From: the human T2T-CHM13v2.0 reference genome, Homo sapiens
Direction: 5' to 3' (one strand)
NCBI RefSeq assembly: GCF_009914755.1
Contig: NC_060935.1
DNA length: 64,000 nt
Shown here: piece by piece, positions 43,160 through 55,619 of the stretch
How the letters are laid out: every line of letters begins with the position of its first letter
Position numbering within the stretch: the first letter of the stretch is position 1
Program-made: the position numbers and the translations under genes
Notes under the pieces: model-generated
Told to the model about the DNA's origin: nothing
The model's input: only the letters and a program-made list of their open reading frames with translations
Databases searched by the model: none

Positions 43160-45420
43160 CACTTCCTTCTCCATTCTCACAGATGGCCTTTTTTCCTACT
43201 TCACAGAGAAAAATAAATGTTCTCTCAACTCCCTGTACCCGGCTTCTCTAAGACAAATCCATCTCCATCTGCACCTTCCTGGTACTTTCTTCTGACTTTC
43301 TCTCAGTGGCAGTAAGGCAGGTGGTCCCTCCTACTGGCTAAGGCTGAGCTCTCTTTCACTTCTCTGTTCTCTCTCTCTCAGCTTCCTCAGGAGCTTTGCT
43401 CCATCATGAATTCTTTATCTTTCCTGTATCTTCAGTATCTTCCTTTTAGTAGCGCTTTCCCTTGATCGAGTAGGAATATCAACAACAGGAGCAGCTAATA
43501 TTTATCAAGTGTCTGTGATGGGTCAGGCACCATCTAAGCACATGACATCTCATAACTTACTTAATATTCACCACGTGTATAGTTGGTATTGTTATTATCT
43601 CCATCTTACAGATGAGAAAAATGGGATCCTGAGAAGTCAGGGAACATCCTCAAGATTACACAGCTTCTGTATGGAGTTGGGACTTGAACTCAGAGAGTCT
43701 GGCTCTAGAACTTTGAGCACTTGACTGCTGCAATATACTGCCTTACTGCTTGCTGCTTCATTTCATGTACAAATGTTCAAGGAAATGACAAAACAAAACA
43801 TTTTCTTTCTACCATTAGCTACTGTCACATCTCTCTCTTGCACCAATTTCTTGAGGCACCTTCACAAAATATCATCTTCACATCCTCACTTCATCTTCAA
43901 CCATTCCCACAAGTCCGCTGAAAACACCCAGGCTCCCACACTCCCACATTTAGATTTCAGTCCTTATTATTCTTGATGTCTTTGTGACACTTGATGTCCC
44001 TGACCAGTGTTTGTCCAATTCCCTTCTTTCTAGAATTTCTCATGGTTTTCTTCCTATGTCTCTTACTGCTCCTCACTCACCTTGGCCAGCTCTTCTCCCT
44101 CTCTGTTGCTTTTCTCTTAATAGTTCTTGTTCCTTAGGCTTCCATATGTGCCTGAATCTTACCCCTTACAGTCTCCTCAGGTGAATGCATCTGTTCTCAA
44201 TGCTGCGGTTATACAAACTCTATGCTGATTACTCTCAGATGCATACTTCTGGCTCAGATCTCTGCTCTGAGCTCCAGCTCCATTTATGAAACTGCTAACT
44301 GGAGACTTGGCTGTCTAATAGTGTGCATCACCCCCTTGGAGGGGTTGGTGGGCCATGGAAAAGCTAAGGAAGGTAGGTAACTTGATGATGTGACAAAATC
44401 CTAGGAAAGCTAGAGAGGAACAATGGCAGTGCTGCATCAGTATGTGAGTTATCAGAAGTGGAAAGACAAAGATTTGGGATGACTGTATAAACCTGCCTGT
44501 GGCCTGTGCATGAATAAATGATGTATAATATAATATCATGGAATGGGATTGATATGGTCTTCATAGAATAAATAAAATATATACAAATATGTACAAAACC
44601 ATGCTGGCCCTTTTTCTTTGCAAACCTGCTGTTCTTGTTATATTTGAATCAGTGATTGGCTCCATAACCCACCTGATCACCCAAACCAAATTCTAGATTG
44701 GTTGCTCTTTTTTTTTTTTTTTTTTTTGCTTCTCACATCAAATTAGTCCATAAGTCCTGTTGATTGTACTTCCTAATTATATTATAGGCTTCTCTCTTAT
44801 CACTCTGATTGAATTAAGTCAGCCCATTACCATTGCCTGTCTGGACTCTTTCAAAAGCCTCTTGACTAATCTTCCAGCTGCCATCTCACTGTCCTTTTAG
44901 AATGACCGTATCTAAAATGCAAATATGATTATATTACCCCTTTCCACCTTTTTGCAATTGTTCAGCAGCTCCTATAGCCTATTGAATAAAACCCAAATTC
45001 CTCAGCAAGGATTGTAGGACTCTTCATTATCTAGCTCCTTCCTTCTTTCTCCAGCTCCGTTCTTTCCAATCCTGTGCATATACCCAAAGCCTCAACTAAC
45101 TGGAACACTTTGCGTTTCCTCAGCGTTCCTACTCTTACCTGCTATTCTTTTTGCCTGAGAGGTCTTTTGGGTTTCATAGCTTGGTTAATTTTTCACTGTC
45201 CTCACATCCCCACTCCATGTCACCTCCTCCAGGAAGCCTTCCCTGACCTGGTATTCTGGATTAGGCTCTGCTCTTCTGTGTACCCAAAGGACACTGAACT
45301 GTAGGAGGAGATATTTCTCTCTATGGGGCTGTAAGTTCCTGAAGGGCAGGGACTGGGTTATATTTATTTGTATATAGCCACAACTGAGCATGAAGCTTTT
45401 CACTTTGCAGAGGGCAGCAA
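43160..45420 (+). mobile_element. Long fragmented L2 with a nested MIR (about 43495-43740)
   Basis: 'cctacttcacagagaaaa', 'ctctgagctccagctccattt', 'tctaaaatgcaaatatgatt' and 'caggaagccttccctgacc...gtaagttcctgaagggcagggac'. Confidence 0.75.
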
Positions 45421-46280
45421 GTTTTGTCAGTTGATGGAGTCTGCTTGGCTAACCGCTTTCATTCTTTAAAATCCTGTTTAGGTATCCCTCCTTTAGGCAA
45501 GGACTTCCCTGTTCCAAGGTAAAATTAATGACTACCTTTTCTGTATTACTCCTGAACACTGTATTTACTTCATTTATATCATTTATAATAATAACAATAG
45601 TAAAAACATCAATAGAATACTTAGCTATGTGCTTGGCCTTATGATAATTGCTTTAGTGCTGACTTGGAGACATGGTCATCTTTAGTGTTTACAACACACT
45701 ATGAAGTGGTTACTATGATTATTTGCATTTTATAAAGGAAAAGGCTTGGGTTTCAAGATACTGTGCTAAGTGCAGGGGATACGGCCTGAGAAAAGTGGGC
45801 AGGGCTTCTGCCTTCTTGAAGTCAATAGTCTGGTGGGAGAGATGAACATTAAATTAAACATTTCACAAATGATGGTAAAAACTAACACTTCCTGAGAGTT
45901 TACTTTTTGACAGGCACTCTTCAAGGTGCTTTACATGTGCCATTTTATGTAATCCTTATCAAAACCCTAGGAAGTTTGTATTGTCTTCCTTACTTTGCAG
46001 GAAAGGATACCACAGTTTGGTGGTGCTTGGAAATTTGCCCATGGTCCTACAGTCAGTGAGGGGAGTGCTAGGATTTGAACATTCAATCACCTGCCTCCAG
46101 TCTGGTGTTGTCCTGTGCCTGTGAGAACTGTGAAATGTGCTGTGAGAGTGTCACAGGAGGCCTGGCTTGACTAGGGTGAGGGCAGAAGTAGGGCTTCCCA
46201 GAGGAAGTGATATGAAGGTTGTGAATCGAAGGATAAGCTGAGGGAGGAAGTGTTTCAGGCAAAGAGAACAGGATTCTTTG

Positions 46281-46872
46281 GGTTGACAAAAAAAGTCAAA
46301 CTGTAAATTATCTGAAGAGATTTATTCTGAGCCAAATATGAATGACCATGGCCTGTGACACAGCCCTCAGGAGGTCCTGAGAACATGTGCTCAAGGTGAC
46401 TGGGATGCAGCTTGGTTTTGTACATTTTAAGGAGGCATGAGACTTCAATCAAGTACATTTAAGAAACACATTGGTTTGGTCCAGAAAGGTGGGATAACTT
46501 GAAGTGGGAGCTTCCAGCTTATAGGTATATTTAAAAGTTTTCTAGTTGACAACTGGTTCAGTTTATCTAAAGACCTGGGATCTATAGAAAGAATATTTGG
46601 GTTAAGATAAAGGATTGTGGAGACCAAAGTTCTTATTTGCAGAGGAAACCTTCAGGTAGTAGGCTTCAGAAAGAATAGGCTGTAAAATGTTTCTTTATCA
46701 GACTTAAAGTCGGTTGATGTTAATGCCAGAGAGGTATAATGAGGCATGTCTGACCCCCACTTCCCATCATGGCCTGAACCAGTCTTTCAGGTTAAATTTT
46801 AAGGGTGCCCTGGCTGACGAGGAAGTCCATTCAGATGGTTAGGGGACCTTAGAATTTTACTTTTGGCTTACA
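46281..46872 (-). mobile_element. MER4-family ERV1 solo LTR
   Basis: 'gagatttattctgagccaaatatg...cagccctcaggaggtcctgagaacatgtgc...ttttggcttaca'; 4-bp TSD tttg at 46277-46280 and 46873-46876. Confidence 0.85.
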
Positions 46873-47682
46873 TTTGGTTTACATGTATGTGTCTTTCTAG
46901 GTTGGAATTGTGGCTTATTCACTTTTGTATCAATACTGCTATGCATATTTATGTTCGTATGTATATGTACAGGTATATGTCTCCAGAAGTATGGTAGTTT
47001 GAGATACTTAAATGCTTGTTAAAAAACACAAAAACACGTTTGTTGCTTCAACAAGGCTCTCTCTTTTGATTCTTTACACATAAACTCTAAGGTAGACAGA
47101 ACAAGGGTAACACATTCCTTTGAAAAGATAACCAACAACAAAAGTGACAGCGAAATAGAAGAAGTGATTTGTTTAATGTCTTCAGGCCACAAAGAGACAC
47201 AGGCAGAACCAGAACTCAAATCTCTGCATTGGGCCATTCTCCGTGACCACTTCTTATTACAGTGGCTTGTCCTCTGGTTATTTCCATTGTCCTTCCAGAC
47301 AACTGTGGTCATGGGAAACTGAATCTGGGCATGGCCATAGAACCTGAAAGGTATATAATTTCTCACTAGCAAAGAGTCTAGTCCATCTGGGAGACATTTG
47401 CATCACACTAGCACCAGGGAACTTTTTACCAAAGTGAAGCATGGGTTTTCTCCATTATGAGCCAGTAGGTGTCACAATTTACCCAAGATGAGCACAACCA
47501 GGTCTGTATGGCAGCCTCTGACATGTCCAAGGTATTCTACCTGAAGGGCTGATGTGGACTGTCCTCTCATCCTTCATTGATTATCTGGTCAACTGGCAGA
47601 TGGTTGACCCCCTCCACCCATCCTGAGAGGTATGGCAGGTGGGGACAAATTATTTCAAAGCTTTGGTCAATTCAATTTCTTT

Positions 47683-47864
47683 CTTTTTTTTTTTTTCGTA
47701 GCTCCCGTATTTATTTATTTATTTATTTATTGCTTTTTTTTTTTCCTTTTTTTTAAATTATACTTTAAATTTTAGGGTACATGTGCGGACAAAAAACCAA
47801 ACACCGCATGTTCTCACTCATAGGTGGGAATTGAACCATGAGAACACATGGACACAGGAAGGGG
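47683..47864 (-). mobile_element. Very short L1PA insertion with 5' inversion and a double A-tail
   Basis: Antisense L1 terminus 47758-47786 joined to sense L1 segment 47787-47866; TSD aattcaatttcttt at 47669-47682 and 47865-47878. Confidence 0.9.
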
Positions 47865-48679
47865 AATTCAATTTCTTTTCTCTTTGGCCAGGGACCTTGT
47901 GGAGCTTCTGAGGCTACCATCTGCACTGTGGTTCCTGTCTTTGTTTTCTCTATTCCCTGGATGCTTCTTCTACCCACCTCTAAGGTAGCTCCTGGGTGAC
48001 CTTGGCTCTCCAGCTTTTTTGTTCTCCTGACTGCCAGGGTCAAAGTGAAGCCCTGGTGGCTGCTCTGCATCTGCCTTGCAGAGTTTTTTTTTTTTTTTTT
48101 TTTTAATATATTGATTATAAAACTCTGTATCCCTTATTTCCAAGGTTTCCCTGGACTAGACATGCTTTTCTGCCTGCCCATCACCATTGCCAAATGGGGC
48201 AACTAAATTTGTGTCACATGACTCTCTTTTCTCTCCTGGCCATTCCTGATCGCATCAGAAAAGGTATCTCAGGGAGATGGTGGGGATGCACCCAGCAAAG
48301 GAAGGATGGAAGAGATTCAGGCAGGCTGAAAGAAGGATGGGGGAAGAGAATGAGGGAAGACAGGGAATGGAGGAAAGAGTGGTTGGGGATAGGACACTTA
48401 TGACTCATATGGAGTATAACCAACTGGCTGGACTCTCATTGACTGGGAGTTTAACCTCAGTGTGCAGGTGGTCGGGGTAGAAGAAACATTGCAGAGGCCT
48501 CAAAATCCAGTCTGGATGCATATTCTCAGGCCAAATCCCACTCTAAATATGAATAATTCAATGGTATAGATTAGTACTAAGTATATTTTGAGGAGAAGAC
48601 ACATGGGGAGGGTGGGGAGGATAGAACCAATATTTAGTAAATACTGTAGACTCCTGTAGTCCCTTTATTTACATCGCTC

Positions 48680-49142
48680 ACACACAGCAGTTTAGGAATG
48701 CACTTGATAGCAAGGAACAGAAAACTCAACTTGAAGTGGCTTATATAAAGAGACACTATTCTTTTCACATAACAAGAAATCTGGAGTTCGATGCCTTCAG
48801 CATTGCTTCAGTGTCTTGATGATGTCAGTACAGGTGACTCTGAGAGCCTCTTGGCCACAAGAGCGCTCCTGCAGCTCCAGATAACATCTTTGGTCAAAGC
48901 AGGGAGAAAAGAGTAGGAGAACCAGTTGGCCTCATCTTTCCATTTTTTCAGGGAAGCAGAAACACTTCCAGGAAACTTTTTTCAGACTTCTGCTTATATA
49001 ACATTGCCCATAGCTGAGTTAACTGGCCATCCCTGGCTGAAGGGGAGACCAGGAAAATAAGTATTAAGTTTTTCCAGCCTCTAAAGTGAAAGGTGCCACA
49101 GGATAATAAAATTGAGAATGGCAACCAACAAGGTCTGCCACA
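48680..49142 (-). mobile_element. Old MLT1 LTR
   Basis: 'caaggaacagaaaactcaacttgaagtggctta...cacataacaagaaatctggag' and 'ggctgaaggggagaccaggaaaataagtat'. Confidence 0.6.
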
Positions 49143-50879
49143 ATTTCTTATTTTTTTAAAAGTCTCACACTAAAACTAGACAGATGTTAATATTATTTTA
49201 CTATTACAGGTAAGAAAAGGGAGGTTTCATTAAGGAAATAAATTAATCAAGGTGAAACAACTAATATATTGGAGAGTTGGAATTTAAATCTTGGTCATTT
49301 TGATTCTAAAGTCTTTGTCCTTCATGTGAGCCCTGGGAGGCTCAACCCTGACCTTGGACATGTACATCTCCAGGCTGTGTGTGGGGAGCTGTGTCTGCCA
49401 GCCTTAAAAGCAGGCTCCTGAAAAATCCTGTAAGTGTGAGAGAGAAAATGTTGGAGCCTCAGAAAATTACTTGCTTCTATTTAGGAAGCCCGGGTTTCCT
49501 GTGGTGTTGCTGGGTGGAGGAGGTGGATAGAGAAGGTGTGGAGAGAGAAATGCAGAAAATTAAGCCCTCACTCTTTGTTCTAAATGGTTCCTAAATAGGG
49601 TTGGATATGCAGTTCTGGGAAACATATATTTTATTGGCGAGAGAACAAAGAGCCTGGAAATGTAATATGTTAGGCTGGAGGAATTGCTCTATGAAAAATA
49701 CCGCAGGACACTCAGGCTCTCTGATGTTTCTCAGATGGGCAGCTGACAGGCTCCAATTTATAAAGGAGCAAATATAGGAAATAAAAGGCTTAGTTAAGTT
49801 TCACTGAATCACATTTCCCATGGAGCCGGAAATGACAAGTAGTGATTTCCTATCAATCACACCTCAGGTGACTATTTTAAAAGCAAACTGTCCCTGTTAC
49901 TATTAAAAGAAAAACAAAAAAAGAAAAAAACAAAAAAAAAAAAGAAGGAAAGAACATTTCTTTCTGGATGTGGGTTTTTGCCCTTAACCTAACTCTGCAC
50001 ATGGCTATTTGGAAGACTTTAGATGTGGAACTACCAGGTCCTGGGAGGAAAGTAGGTAGAGGAAACTTTGGCTTAAGTTCAGTTGAGCCTTCTGGCTCCT
50101 GGAGGGAGGTTGTTGGAGACGTTCAGCCTCTTGTGTTTGGCAGGGAAACAAAACAGCTCTTGGACCTCAGCTAACACAGAAATGATGACACTGGCTTAGG
50201 CAATCCCCTGTCTGTGCAGTCTTTGTAGAGATGATAGAGAACAGATTCCTTTTTCCTTGGCCCCACTCCTTCTCTGTGGAAGACAACTCTGGGATCTGAC
50301 AGATCTCGGGATGATTTTCAATTCTCCTTCTCATGAGTGGCATTTGATGTAACCAGCTCCAGGCTCTCTGTCTCTATTAAGTTTCAACAGTTTTGTTGGA
50401 TGAACAGTGACTTTGAGATTCCGGAGGCCTTTCACAGGCCAGGGAAGTACCAGGAAAAGTGAATTCTAGAGAAAAAGGTATTAAAGAAATTGATACCTTT
50501 ATTAATAAAGGTATTAAGGAAATTAAACAAGTCAGAGAAACTCTTCAAAGACCTCTTGAACATGTTATATCTTTTAGTCTTGCACAGTTGGCCCTTTCCA
50601 GTTTGGCTCCAGTCACATATGCTGCTGCTCTTTCTACAATTGTCCTATATTACAACTGGATGAGTGTATGCTTTGTTTCCTCAGAGCCTGTTATGATTTT
50701 CATCCTTCTGGGGTTTTGCTTTTCCTTCTGCTTGGAGTTCTCTTATCCCCATGCTTTTCTTGATATACACATGTGACACTCAACTCAAATATCACTCCCT
50801 GGGGAAGTCTTTATGCCGGGAGTCAGTCTTCCTTGTGGCTACAGCATGGCCTCAATTTTGACACTTCTCATGAGATAAA

Positions 50880-51030
50880 GCAGTGGTTCTCAAACATTGC
50901 CCTCCTCAGATTACCTGGGGGATTGTTTACAATACATATTCCTGGGCTCCAACCCCAGAACTTCTGACCTAGCACATCTAGGGTGAGACCTAGAGGTCTG
51001 CATTTTAAGCAGGAACCTGGGAGATTCTTA
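50880..51030. mobile_element. MER5A-like hAT-Charlie MITE
   Basis: 'gcagtggttctcaaac...attacctgggg...tctgcattttaagcagg'. Confidence 0.75.
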
Positions 51031-51741
51031 GTTGCTTTTATACTCAGTCCCCTTGCTTCATCATATGATATGGGGAGTCACCTGATAATAAAATGAAAAG
51101 CTCTGTGGTAGAACAATTATTTGTTTTGATGGGTCTATTTTCCCTGCAATTATACTAGTTTCTTGGGGCACAGATTAAGTCTTTAGAGCTGAGCACAGGA
51201 CATGGCAAATAGCACAATTCCATGGAGCAGGGAGAAAGGTTATCACTTTATGAATTTTACGGACCCTCTTTTTACTGATAAAGTGATGGAGGCCAATGAC
51301 ACGCAGCTGGCACTCAGATCTGGGGTGAGTCTGAGAGTTGTGGAGTAAGACCTGTATTTCATATGTAAAGACAAAGGAGAACAGTCATGGAAGATAAACA
51401 TTTGATGGGGTATTTTAGAATTTATGTTTTCGGTTCCATTTATGATCCTATGAGGTTTTAGGCTGGAATCTGTGTTAGCTATTTCCACCCCCATATCCTT
51501 AGGCATGTAGTAGCTATATTTTAGAAGTCTGCTAAGAGCATGCTCCTTTCTTTGGAAGTGCCATAATTGACCTTGCACTGAATATCAGATTATCTCTTCA
51601 GAACTTGAACAAAGAGCTCCAGATATTGTCAGATGGTAATGGGCAGAGGAGATGTACAGTCGTGTTGCAACTACAGTCAACACTATAGCAACACAGAGCT
51701 CCATGTAAATTGATGCTATGAGGAAGGGCCTTAGAGAGAAA

Positions 51742-51759
51742 GTGTGTGTGTGTGTGTGT

Positions 51760-51811
<52 letters not shown>
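51742..51811. repeat. (TG)n(GA)n microsatellite
   Basis: Seen directly. Confidence 0.97.
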
Positions 51812-51817
<6 letters not shown>

Positions 51818-51895
51818 GTAGTAAATTTTCTTAGAGAGAGAAAGAGAGGAAATGCAGTAAATTTTCTAGCAGAGACAAGAAGCTATGTGGTTCCA

Positions 51896-52061
51896 CACCC
51901 CCATGATTTAATTACCTTCTACTGAGTTCCTCCCATGACATATGGGGATTATGGGAGCTACAATTCAAGAAGAGATTTGGGTGGGGACACAGTCAAACCA
52001 TATCAGTAGCCATATGAAAAAGAAAATAAAATCACATACAATTACTCAGAAAAAAAAAAAA
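51896..52061 (+). mobile_element. Orphan L1-mediated retrocopy: antisense THE1 LTR piece, unique sequence, AATAAA, poly(A)
   Basis: Perfect 19-bp TSD aagaagctatgtggttcca at 51877-51895 and 52062-52080; AATAAA at 52025-52030; A-tail from 52050. Confidence 0.9.
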
Positions 52062-53129
52062 AAGAAGCTATGTGGTTCCAGGGAAGAGACAGAGCTAGAT
52101 AGGCAAAGGGGCCAGCAGTCCACAGGTTTTCCAGTTTTTACGTGGCCTATCTGTATTTCTTGTCATTGCATTCTATGAAATACACCTGATTCCTCATAAT
52201 CAGCTCTCCTTATCTTATGCTAGCTTGAATCTATACCTTGAAACCCAAGACAGTGAGCGAATGAAAGACCCACACACAATCTTAGTATAAATAAGGGCAC
52301 CTGCTGCCCCGGTTTCTCCTTGCCATTGAAAGGTCCCACAACAAGATGCCATCTTGCATTTAACTTTCATAACTCCTGACTTGTTTTCTAATCAACTCTG
52401 GGCTAAAATTGTTCTTTCCTCCTTTGCTGGTTTGTATGTTAACATCTAGCCTTAGTCTCTAGTGAGAATATACTGAGACAAGTTCATAATAAAAAAAACT
52501 CAAATTCATTTGCATTCCAAGGCTCACAATACCCACAGATTTTCTGCCTTTAAGCAGAATTTCTGTCTGCAGCAGCCAAGCCCAACAAGCAAGACCATCT
52601 TAACAGAGCTTCAAGTGGCATAATCCAGTGAAATACAGGTTCTGAGTACAGTTCTCTTATTGCACTAACTGGCCTAAAAGCAGAAGTCACATCAATTATA
52701 GGCAGAATTGAACCTATGGAAGTCAGCTAGGAAACTGTGGACTGACTTGGGTAAATGTTACATTGACCTCTGTCAGCACTATCAACTGATCCATCAATTA
52801 ATTGGCAATCCATCAAATCTACACAAGTTCACTGACTGAGCTACACATCGGTAAAATATTATGCCTGGAAACCAGAGGTGCTAAGGGGGAAACTAGTTTT
52901 AGGGTCAGACATACCCACCTTGAAGCCTACTCTACTACTTTTTTCTGGCAGCGTTTGAGCTAATTTACTTAACTTCTCTGAGCCTCACTTTCTTGGTCTG
53001 TAAAATGAGGTCAATAGTAAATCCTCAGTATGGGTTTCCCACCCTGCACCATGCACCCATCAATATCTAAGGCTACATAAGAGAGCAAAGTTGAGTCTCT
53101 CATACTTTCTCATTTAAATTTATTTTTCT

Positions 53130-53413
<284 letters not shown>

Positions 53414-54687
53414 CATATATGTATTTCCAAATAGCTGCCTACCAACAGGCCAGTTAACACTTGGACCAGGTTTGGCATACTGACACTAAGTGGTTGTACC
53501 CCTGCAGTAAGTTGATGTCTGCTAGCCTGAAGTTAGAAAATCTGGATTCTAGTGCTACATTTGAACCTCTCCTTCACCCCCTGTCAACTATGAAAGAACA
53601 GAATCATTCCTTCTCACACGTTGTTCTGAAGATTGCATGAGAAAATGATTGGGAACAAAAGATTAGGCAATGTGTAGGGCTTTCACAAGAGAAGGCTGAT
53701 GGTGGAAATGACTCTGTAGTTAACCTGAAGCCAAGTGAGCTGCCGTTGCAGGGAGGTAGGGCCTGAATCTGGCAGCCATCAGCCATACTCCACTAACCTG
53801 GGGGAAGCTGAGGATGAATTAATGCAGAGTAGGGTGGCAGAATTATCTATTGAATAATTAGTACTTCCTTTCATAGTGTCTTGTAGGACCTTGCTGCTCA
53901 GAGTGTTGGTGAAACCTTGTCTGGAATTTTTGACTCACAGAATTTATTGGCGTGATAAAATGGGATATTTAAGCTTCTAAATTTTGGATTAATTTGTAGA
54001 TAGCAATAGTAACTGGAACAAATAATAGGGTGCAGTGTGGACATCACCCGGGAGCTCATTAGAAATGAAGAAGCTCAGGCTTCACCCAAGACCCACTGAA
54101 TATAAATCTGCATTTTAACAAGATCCCCAGGTGATGCATATGTGCACTGAAATTAGAAAAGCACTAAAATCTAGTAGAGAACATAGGAGATTGGCTTTTA
54201 GCTGGCTTCTAATTAGAATAACGATGCAAATTGCAAAACTGACCAAAGTTCCTTTTGTCAGTTGGCTAGGATGAGGAAAATAAGAAAAACCCCTTTTAAA
54301 ATTTTTTTTTAGTTCTCTTTTGCAAGGCATTTCCTTCAGCTGTTTTTTATTTATACAAAAAAATTAGGTTTTGGAGGGAAGTTAATAGATTTGTTTCATT
54401 AGCTCAATTGATAGCAACTGGGTCATCAGAACTGGGACTAAGGAAGAGTGGTAGGGGAGAAAGGCAACTAACACTTATGGGAGGAGTTCTATTTTGTTGT
54501 TGATGTTATAGATTAGTCGATTCCTCACAAAAGCTCTATAAGAAGTCTTATTTTCACTGTTTTACAGATCAGAAATAGGCTCATAAAGGTTGAATAGGTT
54601 GCTAACTTCATGCAAAGGGTAGAGCTAGAATTTAAATGCAGGCCTGTTTGATTTTAAACATTATACCACACTATTTGTTTCAGTTAC

Positions 54688-55052
54688 TGATAAGGTTTTG
54701 CTGTGTCCCCACCTAAATCTCATCTTGAATTGTAGCTCCCATAATTCTCACGTGTTGTGGGAAGGACCTGGTGGGAGATAATTGAATCACAGGGGTGGTT
54801 TCCCCAGTACTGTTCTCGTGGTGGTGAATAAGTCTCACGAGATCTGATGGTTTTATAAGGGGAAACCGCTTTCCCTTGGCCCTCATTCTCTCTCTTGCCT
54901 GTTGTCGTATAAGGTGTGTCTTTCACTTTCTGCCATGATTGTAAGGCCTTCTCCAGCCGTATGGACCTGTGCGTCCATTAAACATCTTATTCTTTATAAA
55001 TTACCCAGTCTCAGGTATGTCTTTATCAGCAGCATGAAAACAGACTAATATA
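54688..55052 (+). mobile_element. THE1 (C/D-like) solo LTR nested in an older antisense MLT1 LTR (about 54675-55590)
   Basis: 'tgataaggttttgctgtgtccccacc...cagactaatata'; 5-bp TSD gttac at 54683-54687 and 55053-55057. Confidence 0.92.
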
Positions 55053-55619
55053 GTTACTAGTGCTGCTTACAAATTAATACAAAACTTAGAAGCTTAAAAC
55101 AACCATTTTATTATGCCAATAAGTTCTATGGGTGAGGAATTCCAGACCAGGCACAGTGGGGAGGGCCTTGTCTTGCCTCCTAATGGATGGGGTGAGTTTA
55201 TGGCTGGAGCTGGACTCATAGGAAGGCACCTTCACTTACATGTGAGTCAGTTGACACCAACCATCAGTTTGGACCTTAGCTGGTGCTTCTCCCAGAATAC
55301 CTACACATGGCCTCTCCATGTGACCTGGACTTTTAGCAGCATGGTGGCCTCAAGGAAGTTGGACTTTTTCATGGTGTCTCAACGTTCTAAATGTGAGTAT
55401 CCAAGTGAATAAGACAAAAACTTTATCACCTTTTCTGACTAAGCCTTAAAAGTCTTATAGTTCCTGTTCTACTACATTCTATTGGAGTTACAGGTTAAGT
55501 AACTACAAATTTGCCCAAATTCAAGGGGAGGTGACAAAGATCCCACTTCTGATGGGAGGATCATCCAAGGCCATGTAATTATTTTTCTTTAATTTCCTTA
55601 GCGTTCGATGGGATACCTT

